From Candidatus Helarchaeota archaeon (lineage in GTDB: Archaea; Asgardarchaeota; Lokiarchaeia; Helarchaeales; RDOG01): a DNA stretch of 64,000 bases. Below, one piece after another: positions 1 through 10,491 of the stretch. The translations under genes and the position numbers were made by a program. Under the pieces are notes generated by a model. The model was not told the DNA's origin. It saw nothing but the letters and a program-made list of their open reading frames with translations, and searched no databases. The stretch lies in contig JAHPZH010000002.1 of assembly GCA_019058315.1 (NCBI GenBank), forward strand, positions 384,001-448,000. Reading direction: 5' to 3'. Position 1 is the stretch's first letter. Each line of letters begins with the position of its first letter.

Positions 1-2391
1 GATTGTTAAAATCTTATTATTTTTATCAAAATTTAACTTATCACTTTCTAAAGTTAATTCTATCCCATTTAAAACAATTTTTTTTGGTATTTCATCCAAA
101 CAATTAAATCGAATCTCATAATCTCGCTTTTCGGGGTGAAAAGAACCCTTTGGTAGCCCAATTTTAAAAATTATATTACTATCTTCAAGAATACATTCAT
201 ATTTTGTCTCACAATATTCCCCTTTTTGATAATTCAAAGTATCTCCATCATCTTCATAAAGAGTATATTCCGAAAATCCACTTGGATAAACATCTAAAAT
301 TAGTGGATTGATAGGTTTTTCACCAATATACTGCATATCTGGCTGCAAGGGGATAATTGAGTCGCCTTTGACAAAAATTGGGATATTTTCAATTGTAATG
401 TCTATCTCTATCTCTTTGGGACCTTGATATTCTTTCTTATTCCAATAATCTATCCACTTACCAGCTGGTAAATATACTTTCTGCTTTTTGATACGCTTTT
501 TAGTAATTGGAACAACTAACAACTGACTTCCAAAAAGGAATTCATCATCTAAGGTCACACAACGCTTATCATCTTGATATTCTAATATAAGAGGTCTCAT
601 AATCGGAAGTCCTTGTGTATGGGCTTCATGAAAAAGTGTATATATATAAGGCATCAATCTATATCGAAGTTTAATGTAATTTCGGCTAATTTCTTCTACT
701 TTTTTACCAAATTGCCAAGGTTCTTGAGGTCTTGTTCCTGTCATAGTGTGAGTTCTACTAAAAGTATAGAAAACCCCCAGTTGAATCCACCTAGCGTATA
801 AAGTTGGGTCAAGTTTGAAAAATATTTTTCTGGGATGCATAAGACTAGCTGCAAAACCGCCTATATCCGCTCCACAAAAATGTATTCCACTCAATCCCAT
901 GTTTAAGAGCATTGAAACACTTAATTTTAAATGTAACCACGAACTTGTATTATCTCCGGACCAAATCGCCGTATATCGTTGAATTCCGGCATAACCAGCT
1001 CGTGTAATTATAAATGGTCTCTTATTAGGCTGTAATTTTAAAAGCCCATCTTGAGTAGCTTGACACATAAATAAAGCATAAACATTATGTATTTTTGCAT
1101 GCCTCGAATTTAATGCATTATCATAATGTAAAACATCTGCTGTTGAAACTTTTCGAAATAATGTATTAATAACATTCCCCGATTCAATAGATGGTTCGTT
1201 CATATCATTCCAAATACCAGCAATCCCCTCATCTAAATATGCTTTTAAATTATTTCCCCACCATTCCCTTACAGTTTCCCTCGTAAAATCAGGAAAAACA
1301 CATTTTCCCGGCCAAACCCAACCATAGAAAGGTTTACCATTTTTTCGTTTACAATATAATTCTTGTTCCATTATTTTATTATAGAATTTGTAATTCTTAT
1401 CAACCTTAATACCCGGATCTACGATTAAATAGATTTTAAAACCTTTATCACGCATATCTGCCATTAATTTCTTCGGATCTGGAAATCTTTTTTTATTCCA
1501 TGTAAAAACACGAAATCCATCCATATAATCTATGTCTAAAACTATCATATCACATGGGATTTTACGCTTTCGTAGCTCATTTGCCACATCCCGAACTTCT
1601 TTTTCTGTTTTATAACTCCATTTACATTGCTGATACCCTAAAGCCCACTTCGGTGGAAAATAGGGTCTTCCTGTTAAAGCTGTGTATAGATTAATAACTT
1701 CTTTAATTGCAGGTCCATAAATGAAATAGTAATTTAATTCTCCCTCTACAGCTCCAAAATAATATATATCTTTGAGTTTTTTACCCATATTAAAGAAAGA
1801 CTTGAAAGAGTTATCAAAAAATATTCCGTATGCCCGACCCTCATTTAAACCGATAAAAAAAGGTATTGATACATATAAAGGATCAGTTTTGTGGTTATAC
1901 ATCATAGCATCTACATTCCAGTTCACGAAATCATTTTTTCTCTTATCCAATTTTCTTGATTTCTCCCCAAAACCGTAATAATGCTCATTTGGAAGCATTT
2001 GCTTAAAACAAATTACCTCTTTATCATGCCATGCATGTCCTCCAAATCCCGCATCTTGATTTATGATATTTCCTTCACTATCATGTATCGTCAAATGAAA
2101 AAGCTTCTTTCTAATACGAAGCTGTAGTTGCGATGTTATAATAATAATCTGATCTTCTTCTTCAGAAATTGTAAGCTGAACTTCAGGCCAGTTATTTTTG
2201 ATAACTGCATAGGAGTAATCTTTTCCAAATTCTTTATTTGTTATGCGAACTCGAATCATTTGTTCATTTAGAAAAGATATCTGGATCTTTGCATTATCAC
2301 ATATAATTTTAATGAGATTTCCGTCCCTCTCAAAACTTTGGATGGCTCTTATAAATTGATATTTGCTTAATTTTCGCAATTTATACTTCAT
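1..2391 (-). CDS. GH31 alpha-glucosidase (3' end runs off the window edge; absent from the ORF track)
   Basis: ATG at 2391 reads MKYKLRKLSKYQFIRAIQSFERDG; contains YGFGE, PPKWALGYQQCKWSY, LDIDYMDGFRVFTW, GIWNDMNEP (nucleophile motif) and IWSGDN (acid/base); frame reaches position 1. Confidence 0.93.
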   Translation of the reverse strand, partial: MKYKLRKLSKYQFIRAIQSFERDGNLIKIICDNAKIQISFLNEQMIRVRITNKEFGKDYSYAVIKNNWPEVQLTISEEEDQIIIITSQLQLRIRKKLFHLTIHDSEGNIINQDAGFGGHAWHDKEVICFKQMLPNEHYYGFGEKSRKLDKRKNDFVNWNVDAMMYNHKTDPLYVSIPFFIGLNEGRAYGIFFDNSFKSFFNMGKKLKDIYYFGAVEGELNYYFIYGPAIKEVINLYTALTGRPYFPPKWALGYQQCKWSYKTEKEVRDVANELRKRKIPCDMIVLDIDYMDGFRVFTWNKKRFPDPKKLMADMRDKGFKIYLIVDPGIKVDKNYKFYNKIMEQELYCKRKNGKPFYGWVWPGKCVFPDFTRETVREWWGNNLKAYLDEGIAGIWNDMNEPSIESGNVINTLFRKVSTADVLHYDNALNSRHAKIHNVYALFMCQATQDGLLKLQPNKRPFIITRAGYAGIQRYTAIWSGDNTSSWLHLKLSVSMLLNMGLSGIHFCGADIGGFAASLMHPRKIFFKLDPTLYARWIQLGVFYTFSRTHTMTGTRPQEPWQFGKKVEEISRNYIKLRYRLMPYIYTLFHEAHTQGLPIMRPLILEYQDDKRCVTLDDEFLFGSQLLVVPITKKRIKKQKVYLPAGKWIDYWNKKEYQGPKEIEIDITIENIPIFVKGDSIIPLQPDMQYIGEKPINPLILDVYPSGFSEYTLYEDDGDTLNYQKGEYCETKYECILEDSNIIFKIGLPKGSFHPEKRDYEIRFNCLDEIPKKIVLNGIELTLESDKLNFDKNNKILTI

Positions 2392-2525
2392 TATTAAAAC
2401 CCGAAGTAATTTGTTATTCTATCTTTAATCATAAATTGATTTTTTTATGTTCCTTATTCTTTATGTCTTTTACATTCATAAAAAAATCCTAATATATGGA
2501 ATTTAAAATAAAATCATATTAAGAA

Positions 2526-3110
2526 TTGATGGTGGCAAAAATTATATTCAACACTTTTGATGTTGTCCAACAAATTAAAGACCTTAAAGAGTCCTTGAAA
2601 ACAATTAAAGCTAAGGAAAATCCCATTAAATACGGTGATGTATTAAGAGAATTAGGATTTAAATATATTTCACTCTCAAAATCTCAAAATACTAAAAAAA
2701 ATTTAAAAAATGCAATAAATACTTTTAGAAAAGGGACTAATCTTAAAGGAGTTTCCACTGAAATTTTTCATGCACATATTGGTTTTGCACTTGCTGCTCT
2801 TTCCAAACACGAAAATAGAAAGAAAAATCTAATAAAAGCTATAAAATCGTTTAAAGTCGCGTTAAACTTAATAAATTCGGATAATAATCCAAGTTTTTAT
2901 GCAAAACTTCAATTAAATCTTGGTCAAGCACATTATTTTTTAAGCGATATTCAAGATATTGAACCAAATCTTAAAATTGCTCTGAATGCTTATCAGGAAG
3001 CTATTATGTATTATGATAATTTGGAAGAGTATACAGAGATTGTTAAGGGGATGCATCAAATTATTGATGATATTGAAGAAAAGCTTAATAATTTGAATAA
3101 TAAAAAATAA
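2526..3110 (+). CDS. TPR-like helical repeat protein
   Basis: Repeats such as NLKNAINTFRKG, NLIKAIKSFKVAL, YAKLQLNLGQAHY, NLKIALNAYQEA. Confidence 0.7.
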   Translation: MMVAKIIFNTFDVVQQIKDLKESLKTIKAKENPIKYGDVLRELGFKYISLSKSQNTKKNLKNAINTFRKGTNLKGVSTEIFHAHIGFALAALSKHENRKKNLIKAIKSFKVALNLINSDNNPSFYAKLQLNLGQAHYFLSDIQDIEPNLKIALNAYQEAIMYYDNLEEYTEIVKGMHQIIDDIEEKLNNLNNKK

Positions 3111-3196
3111 TAAAATAGTCGTTTTTAGATTTTACCTCCTTTTTTCACTAGTACTATGAAAATGAAAAAAAAAGAAAAATGGTAAATTAGTCTAGA

Positions 3197-4780
3197 TCAT
3201 TCACTCTTTTTTACTATCAATATGAATATAATTGTTGCAACAGCGGCACCGATTCCAATTATCACAAAAATTATAATTGTATCGGGTTCTTGTGCTCCCA
3301 TAATCAGAATTAGAAGTTCCAGCCGATTAGAAGGAGATACTGTACGGGGTTGAAAATATTTATAAAATATATCATTACCTACTCCGGAACCCCCATAATC
3401 AGAATATTCATCCCATGCCACGTGTACTTTCCCAGATCCATCCACCGCAATTGATGGACTATAAGAATGGTTTGTGCTCTCCGTGGAGATTACATCTGTC
3501 GCGTTAACATAGCCATTCCAATTCCCTGAGATGGGGTCCCAGAATTTGTAAAATATATCAAAATACGGCCCCGCACCATCATAGGGTGACCAATCATACC
3601 ATGCCACGTGTACACTCCCGGATCCGTCCACTGCGATTGATGGCTCATAAGAAAGCGATGTACTCTCTGTGGAGACCACGTCGGTTGCATTGATAGTACC
3701 GTTCCATATGCCTGTCGAGGCGTTCCAGAACTTGTAAAATATATCATTCTCTCCTGCACCTGCGCCTCCATAGTCCGTAAAATCATTCCAAACCACATGT
3801 ATATTCCCTAAAAGGTCTACCGCGATCGAAGGTTGGCTAGAATCTAGTGTGCTCTCAGTGGAAACCACACTAGTTGTGCTCCAGGTGCTTGATGTAGCAT
3901 TCCAGAACTTATAAAATATATCATAATCCGTTCCTACTCCGGTATAATTCGTTTGATCATGCCATACCACGTGAACATTCCCAGAACCGTCCACTGCAAG
4001 TGATGGAAGTATAGAATTATTCAAACTCTCTGTGGAAACTACATCAGTCGCAGTAATAGTACCGTTCCATAAGTTTGTTGTGGCGTTCCAGAACTTGTAG
4101 AATATATCATAATCTGTTCCTGAGCCCCCGTAATTCGCATCATCATACCATACTACGTGCACATTCCCAAAACCATCTGCTACGATTTTTGGTCCGTAAG
4201 CACTACCTGTACTTTCCGTGGAGACCACAGTTGTCGTTTTCCAAGTGCTCGTAGTGGCGTTCCATACCTTGTAAAATATATCAAAATCCGTTCCCGCACT
4301 AGTATAATTCGTATTATCAAACCATACTACATGTACATTCCCGGAACTGTCCACAGCAATCGATGGACTATCAGAAGGTCCCGTGCTCTCTGTGGAGACT
4401 ATATCAGTCGCATTAACTCTACCGCTCCATATACCTGAATTGGCATTCCAAAACTTGTAAAATATATCCAAATCCGTTCCCGCACCCCCAATATTTGTAT
4501 AATCCTCCCATACTACATGTACGTTCCCGGCACCGTCCACTGCGATCGACACATCTTTACCACCAACCGCATGCAAGCTCTCCGTGGAGATCACTTCTGT
4601 TGTGGTCCATCCTGATGTAGACATTTTTAATTTAGGCTCATCTTTTAGTGCATTGTTAGATATTGTTACGTAGCTCCAAGATGATGACTGGTTTGTTGTA
4701 TTTGTGTAAATGATAGGAACAATTGCTAGAATAACTAGCATTTGGGCAAGCGTCAAAATACTAATTTTATTTTTGTTCAT
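3197..4780 (-). CDS. Membrane-anchored extracellular 7-bladed beta-propeller (glyco)protein
   Basis: N-terminal hydrophobic signal segment; 7 repeats of PSIAVDGSGNVHVVWxD...DIFYKFWNA; many NxT/S sequons; C-terminal TM helix followed by KKSE. Confidence 0.85.
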   Translation of the reverse strand: MNKNKISILTLAQMLVILAIVPIIYTNTTNQSSSWSYVTISNNALKDEPKLKMSTSGWTTTEVISTESLHAVGGKDVSIAVDGAGNVHVVWEDYTNIGGAGTDLDIFYKFWNANSGIWSGRVNATDIVSTESTGPSDSPSIAVDSSGNVHVVWFDNTNYTSAGTDFDIFYKVWNATTSTWKTTTVVSTESTGSAYGPKIVADGFGNVHVVWYDDANYGGSGTDYDIFYKFWNATTNLWNGTITATDVVSTESLNNSILPSLAVDGSGNVHVVWHDQTNYTGVGTDYDIFYKFWNATSSTWSTTSVVSTESTLDSSQPSIAVDLLGNIHVVWNDFTDYGGAGAGENDIFYKFWNASTGIWNGTINATDVVSTESTSLSYEPSIAVDGSGSVHVAWYDWSPYDGAGPYFDIFYKFWDPISGNWNGYVNATDVISTESTNHSYSPSIAVDGSGKVHVAWDEYSDYGGSGVGNDIFYKYFQPRTVSPSNRLELLILIMGAQEPDTIIIFVIIGIGAAVATIIFILIVKKSE

Positions 4781-5020
4781 AATTTTTCCTCGAATTCTAT
4801 AAAGATTTAAATTAGGTTTTCCTTTAGACTATTAAGTCCAAAAATAATGATTTAGTTTATAGAAGAATATTTATTTTTAAGGCTTATCAAAATCATGAAA
4901 TTGTTGTGAGTTATATTCTTTTAGAAATTTTGAATTTCTGGACTATTTCGATAAGAACTAAAAATATTTAAATTATGAATACGATTTTATCTTTAAATTA
5001 ATAATCGGAGGAATCAACAA

Positions 5021-7036
5021 TTGTTACCAATTAATAAAGTCGTCTTGTTTAAGACGGGAATCGGTTATTTCGAAAGAAAAGATAAAATAGATCTAGCAAA
5101 GAAATCAATAAATTTAAGTTTCAAACGAAAAGTTATGAATGATATATTAGCCACACTTACCATTGCGACGGGAAACAGTTTAGTTACTGGAATAAGTTAT
5201 GAAGGTGCAGAAACTGATCTTCAAAGAGCTCTCGAAGACGCTTTGATTAAGATCCCCAATGAAAACAGTTTTATAACTCTTTTAAAACAGCTGGTGGGAA
5301 GCACTGTCACCTTAAAAATTGTTGGAGAAGTTATAACTGGAATTGTTCTTGGTGTGCAAGAATTGAAAAAAGGAATTGAAAAAGCAATCATCAATGAACC
5401 GTATCTTGTTCTACGTGATATTAGTGGTTCGATTAGGAATATTAAAATTTCTGATCTTACTGGACCAAGTGCCCAATTATCAGTTAGTGATGATAAAATG
5501 AACAAAGAACTTCAATTCTTTATCGAAAAAATGTATACAAGCAAAAAAAAGGACATGAAACCCGTTACAATCTTCTTTGAGGGTGAAGGAAAAGATGATG
5601 TTACCGTATCTTATCTTCATGAGATGCCCAGCTGGAAAGTATCTTATCGTCTAACATTTATCGATGAAGATAATTTCTTACAAGGATGGGCGCTAATAGA
5701 CAATACATTAGATGAAGATTGGGAAAATATTGAACTCAGTTTAATTGCAGGTTTACCTATTTCATTTATTTACGACCTCTATACACCTAACTGGATTCTA
5801 AGACCTACTGTAGCTCGTAAGGATAAATATGACATCCAAGTAACTGAATTTGAGGGTGAACTTGAAGAATTACGCGAAATGAAAGAAGAAGCAAAGAGGC
5901 CAATGGCTCAACCAGCTGCTCCACGACCAATGAAAGCAATGGCTGGGAAAAGGAGAAGTAAGTTTAAAGTAACTGCAAAAGAAAAGATGGTAGCTACGGC
6001 ATCTGATAAGTCTGATGCATTAGATAGGCTAGAATCTACAAAGGTGGAGGCAAAAGGAGAAGAAGCTGGAGATTTTTTTGAATACAAGATAATGGTTCCA
6101 GTTACTGTAAAGCGAAATCAATCTAGCCTTGTTCCAATCTTACAATCAAAGATAACGGGTAAAAAGATGAGCGTTTATAATGAATCAGTTAGAGCCGATA
6201 ATCCAATGTTATGTTGCGAAATTGAGAATGATTCAGGACTTACCTTGGAGGAAGGACCAATCACGGTATATGATGCATCTACATTCATAGGCGAAGCAAT
6301 GCTGCCCTTCGTTAAACAAGGAGAGAAAAGAAGAATTCCTTACTCTGTGGATCTAGGGATAACAGTAAATACAAAAAGGAAAGAAAAATCAGTCGATATA
6401 CATCAAATTAAACTTGGAAAAGATTACCTCTACTCGTTCCAATACTATCTAAAAAAGTGCGAATATCTCGTTAAGAATAAATCTGAAGAAGCTAGAGAAG
6501 TCATCGTCGAACATCCCAAAGAAGATAGATTCGAACTCTATGAAACAGAAAAACCATTTGAAGAGTCTAAGAATTTTTACCGTTATATGGTCAAGGTAGA
6601 TCCAAAAACACAAGCTAAGCTTTTGATTAAAATTAGGCGAGTTGATCGCTCTAGTTGGTACTTTAGCAATGTTTCAAAGTCAGAAATCGATCTTTGGTAT
6701 AAACAGAAATTAATAAATGAAGAAGATAGGGATTTTCTACTAAAAATATGGAAACTTAATACAGAAAAAAATGAAGTCGATAACAAGATTAATGAATTAG
6801 AAAATAAGAAAAACAGTATTATTAATGACCAAAATCGGTTGAGACAAAACCTAAAAAGCATCGGAACAAGTAGGAGTGAAGAACGACTTAGAAACAAATA
6901 TATTACAAAAATGGATGAACAAGAGAATGAATTAGAAAAGATTGAGGCTGAAATCAAAGAATTAACAAAGAAAAGTGAAGAATTAGAACAAAAAATTAAT
7001 GATGAAATTCGAAAACGCCCTGTAGTGGAGGATTAA
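5021..7036 (+). CDS. DUF4139-family protein, subunit A (cassette 1), with C-terminal coiled coil
   Basis: LPINKVVLFKTGIGYFER, SWKVSYRL, GWALIDNTLDEDWENIELSLIAGLP, FFEYKIMVPVTVKRNQSSLVP, TLEEGP, DQNRLRQNL; TTG start with GGAGG SD. Confidence 0.8.
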   Translation: MLPINKVVLFKTGIGYFERKDKIDLAKKSINLSFKRKVMNDILATLTIATGNSLVTGISYEGAETDLQRALEDALIKIPNENSFITLLKQLVGSTVTLKIVGEVITGIVLGVQELKKGIEKAIINEPYLVLRDISGSIRNIKISDLTGPSAQLSVSDDKMNKELQFFIEKMYTSKKKDMKPVTIFFEGEGKDDVTVSYLHEMPSWKVSYRLTFIDEDNFLQGWALIDNTLDEDWENIELSLIAGLPISFIYDLYTPNWILRPTVARKDKYDIQVTEFEGELEELREMKEEAKRPMAQPAAPRPMKAMAGKRRSKFKVTAKEKMVATASDKSDALDRLESTKVEAKGEEAGDFFEYKIMVPVTVKRNQSSLVPILQSKITGKKMSVYNESVRADNPMLCCEIENDSGLTLEEGPITVYDASTFIGEAMLPFVKQGEKRRIPYSVDLGITVNTKRKEKSVDIHQIKLGKDYLYSFQYYLKKCEYLVKNKSEEAREVIVEHPKEDRFELYETEKPFEESKNFYRYMVKVDPKTQAKLLIKIRRVDRSSWYFSNVSKSEIDLWYKQKLINEEDRDFLLKIWKLNTEKNEVDNKINELENKKNSIINDQNRLRQNLKSIGTSRSEERLRNKYITKMDEQENELEKIEAEIKELTKKSEELEQKINDEIRKRPVVED

Positions 7037-7037
7037 A

Positions 7038-9284
7038 ATGTTAACCATTAAAAGTGCGATATTATATAAGACGGGCGTTGGATATTTCGAAAGATCTGGT
7101 AAAATTGATTTAAGTAAGACGAATAAAATTGTCTTATCATTCAAGAAAAAACTTATGAATGACGTTCTTGCTTCGCTCTCGGTGGCAGGTAAAGATGCGT
7201 TAGTTTCTGGGGTTTCCTATGAGGGTCACGATATTGATTTGGATAGAGCTCTTGAAGATTGTCTAATCAAAGTGCCTGAATTTGATTCATTTATCGTTCT
7301 TTTAAAACAATTAATCGGCAGTCATATTGAAATTATATTGGGTTCTGAAAAAATATCCGGTATAGTTTTAGGAATTCAAAAATTCGAACGAGGAGTCGAA
7401 GGAACTGAAGAAAAAATTATGGAACCGTTCCTAGTTCTATCAGATGATACTGGAGATATTAAAAATATTAAAATAGCTGACATGACAGGACCTGATGCCC
7501 GATTTTCGGTGAGTGATGAAAAGATGAACAAAGAACTGCAATACTTTTTGGAGACTATTTATACATCGAAGAAACGTGATGCAAAAAGCATGACCATTTT
7601 TCTTGAAAAAAAACCAGATTCAACAACTATGGATTCAGAGGTTTCGATTTCTTACCTTCATGAGGTACCTTCCTGGAAAGCTAGCTATCGCCTTCTTCTA
7701 TTTCCTACGGAAACCGTAATCCAAGGCTTTGGTTTGATTGATAATCCCACTGACGAAGATTGGAATGAAATTAATCTATCACTAATATCTGGTCTTCCAA
7801 TATCATTTATATATGACCTTTACTCCCCAAATTGGATTCAACGTCCAAGAGTTCAGCGGAGAACACAATATGATATAACTCCAACAACTTATGAAGAATC
7901 GACAACAGAAGAGGGTTATTTTGATCTTAAAGGGACGGGTGTATTGGGTGATGTTATGATACCAAAACTGGACGCTCATCGGGGTATACCAGCAGAAAAA
8001 ACAGGTGAACAGAGAATGAAACACATGATTCAATCTACAAAAGTAAGTGCTGCTGGAACAGAAGGTGGAGATTTTTTTCAATACGAAATTACAGTCCCCA
8101 TAACAGTAAAACGAAACCAAAGCTCATTGGTTCCTATTTTACAGTCTAATATAAAATCAAATAGAATGTCGGTCTATAATGAAAATGTAAGGAAAGATAA
8201 TCCGATGTTAACCATTGAGCTCACCAATGACACTGGACTTACTTTGGAAGAAGGTCCAATATCTGTATTCGAACTGGACAATTATGCTGGTGAAGCGATG
8301 CTTCCTTTTCTAAAGAAAGATGAAAAAAGAAGAATCGGATATGCAGTAGATCTTGGAGTACTGGTTAATAAAACAACAAAAGAAGATTCATTAAATTTCC
8401 ATGATATCAAAATTGAGAATAACATTCGAGCATTTAGGTACAGGATAAAGAAGGTAGAATATATAATTCGAAATAAATCCGATGATCCGAAAGAAGTTGT
8501 AATAGAACATCCGAAAGAGACTGATTATAAACTATATGAGACTGCTGATCCATTCGAAGAATCCAAAAATTTTTACAGATATAAAGTTTCAGTTGCTCCA
8601 AAGGCATCAGAAAAACTCCTTGTTAAAACGCGTATTGTTGAAAGTACTTATACATATTATTCTGGAGTTTCTAAATACCAAATTGAGGAATGGTATAATT
8701 TAAAATTGATAAATGATCAAGAAAAGGATTTCCTAATGAAAATATGGAAGGTAACAACGAAGTTACAAGATGTCAATGATGAAATTGATAGTAAAACTGA
8801 TGAAAAAAACAATATTTCAACGGATCAAAACCGTTTACGTCAAAATATTAAGGTTTTAGGACCATCTCATGGTGAACGTCAACTTAGAGAAAAATATGTC
8901 AAAAAATTAGAATCCCAAGAAGAAATTCTTGAAAGAATTGATGTGGAAATAGAGAAACTAAATAAAGAAAAAGAAAATCTCGAGTATCTGATAAATAAAT
9001 TAAATGAATTGGATTATGAAAATGGAACATCTCTGAATAATGTAGCATGGGGTTTCTACCTAGTCGGAGAAAGTGAGGTCGTAGTGGAATATGCAAGGAA
9101 AGCAATAGCTCTTGATGATGAGAAGGGTTTTATTTGGGATACATTGGGCTGTGGGTTGTATAGGATTGGAAAAATTAAAGAATCTTATGAAGCATTCTTA
9201 AAGGCAATAGAGTTAAGCCCCAAGGGTGAAGAAGATATAACAAAGGAAATCTATGAAAAAGTTAAAGCTGAATATAACCCCTAA
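7038..9284 (+). CDS. DUF4139-family protein, subunit B (cassette 1), with C-terminal TPR domain
   Basis: Paralog of 5021..7036 with the same motifs plus TPR-like LNNVAW...WDTLGCGLYRIG...AFLKAIELSP; starts 1 nt after the A stop. Confidence 0.8.
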   Translation: MLTIKSAILYKTGVGYFERSGKIDLSKTNKIVLSFKKKLMNDVLASLSVAGKDALVSGVSYEGHDIDLDRALEDCLIKVPEFDSFIVLLKQLIGSHIEIILGSEKISGIVLGIQKFERGVEGTEEKIMEPFLVLSDDTGDIKNIKIADMTGPDARFSVSDEKMNKELQYFLETIYTSKKRDAKSMTIFLEKKPDSTTMDSEVSISYLHEVPSWKASYRLLLFPTETVIQGFGLIDNPTDEDWNEINLSLISGLPISFIYDLYSPNWIQRPRVQRRTQYDITPTTYEESTTEEGYFDLKGTGVLGDVMIPKLDAHRGIPAEKTGEQRMKHMIQSTKVSAAGTEGGDFFQYEITVPITVKRNQSSLVPILQSNIKSNRMSVYNENVRKDNPMLTIELTNDTGLTLEEGPISVFELDNYAGEAMLPFLKKDEKRRIGYAVDLGVLVNKTTKEDSLNFHDIKIENNIRAFRYRIKKVEYIIRNKSDDPKEVVIEHPKETDYKLYETADPFEESKNFYRYKVSVAPKASEKLLVKTRIVESTYTYYSGVSKYQIEEWYNLKLINDQEKDFLMKIWKVTTKLQDVNDEIDSKTDEKNNISTDQNRLRQNIKVLGPSHGERQLREKYVKKLESQEEILERIDVEIEKLNKEKENLEYLINKLNELDYENGTSLNNVAWGFYLVGESEVVVEYARKAIALDDEKGFIWDTLGCGLYRIGKIKESYEAFLKAIELSPKGEEDITKEIYEKVKAEYNP

Positions 9285-9295
9285 TTTTTTTATTT

Positions 9296-10381
9296 TTACT
9301 TATTTGCCTTAATACTAAGTAATCTTTCTGAGCATTCAACCATACTTTGATAGTCTCCCAATCTTTCATATGCAATTGCCATTCTATTCCAAACATCCTT
9401 ATATTCAGGAGAACTAACTATAATTTGTTTGAAAAAATCTATAGCTTTTTGATAATCACGAGAATTTAGAAACATATTTCCCATTTTGTATAATCTTGTA
9501 ATATTTTTTTCTTGATCTTCTTTGGTTAGTACTTTTTCAACCTTTTCCTCAACCTTATCTTCAACCATTCCTTCAACTTTTTTTTCAACTACTTGTTCAA
9601 GTTTATCTCTAGATATTTTCTCATAAATTTTTTTAATTCTTGCTTGATCTTCATGATTAGGTAATTCCTGGATATGTTCTTTTGGAATTTTTTCTTCCAA
9701 TGATTTAACAATTTTTAAAGCAGTTTTATTACTAGGTTCGATTTTAATAACTTTTTTAAAAAAATCCAAAGCTATTTTTTCGTTTCCAGTATTCATATTA
9801 GCAATCCCAAGGTTAAAATATGCTCTTTCATTTAATGGATCCATATTAATGACTTTTTCACTATAAGCAATTGATTTTTTATGATCTCCTAATCTCCCGT
9901 AAATAGATGCTAAATTATTTAAAGCTTTTTTATTTTTTTTGTTCTTTTCAAGGGCCATTTCGTTATATTCTATTGCTTTTTGGTGATTTTCTAATTTAAT
10001 GTAAGCATCGGCTAAAGAGTTTAGAACTTCATTAAAGGTTGGATCTAATTTAAAAACTTGTTTGAAACATTTAATGGCTTTTTCATATTCTTTGATTATC
10101 ATATAAGAGTTACCTAGGAAATTCCAAGCTTCTTTATCTTCTGGATCAAGTAAAACCACGTTTTCATTGCATAAGATGGCATTTTCAATATCTCCAATAT
10201 TTGAATAACATATCGCTAATTCAACCCAAGCTTCTATAAAGTCAGAGTCAGACTCTACAGCCTTTCTAAAACTTTCAATGGCGTCTGCATTATCTCCTGC
10301 TCTTAAACAACTAAGTCCTTTGAAATAAGATATTCGGACTATTAAATCACGATCTTCTAGTTGAATAGGTTGCTTCATCAA
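9296..10381 (-). CDS. TPR repeat protein
   Basis: Multiple 34-aa TPRs (AWNFLGNSY...KAIKCFKQVFKLDP; AYFNLGIAN...KVIKIEP). Confidence 0.9.
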   Translation of the reverse strand: MMKQPIQLEDRDLIVRISYFKGLSCLRAGDNADAIESFRKAVESDSDFIEAWVELAICYSNIGDIENAILCNENVVLLDPEDKEAWNFLGNSYMIIKEYEKAIKCFKQVFKLDPTFNEVLNSLADAYIKLENHQKAIEYNEMALEKNKKNKKALNNLASIYGRLGDHKKSIAYSEKVINMDPLNERAYFNLGIANMNTGNEKIALDFFKKVIKIEPSNKTALKIVKSLEEKIPKEHIQELPNHEDQARIKKIYEKISRDKLEQVVEKKVEGMVEDKVEEKVEKVLTKEDQEKNITRLYKMGNMFLNSRDYQKAIDFFKQIIVSSPEYKDVWNRMAIAYERLGDYQSMVECSERLLSIKANK

Positions 10382-10491
10382 AAAATTAAATGCTCGATTT
10401 TATTTATACTAATTGATAAAATAAATGCTAAAATTTTTAAAAAAGACCTAGTTATATTTATACAACGGGCTACTCATGCGCGTTAAAAATC

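Noticed and set aside
613-1978. Short plus-strand ORFs 613..801 and 1772..1978
   Set aside because: Antisense to the GH31 gene
9530-9600. VExK 12-nt microrepeats in the TPR gene
   Set aside because: Short degenerate low-complexity linker with no evidence of function
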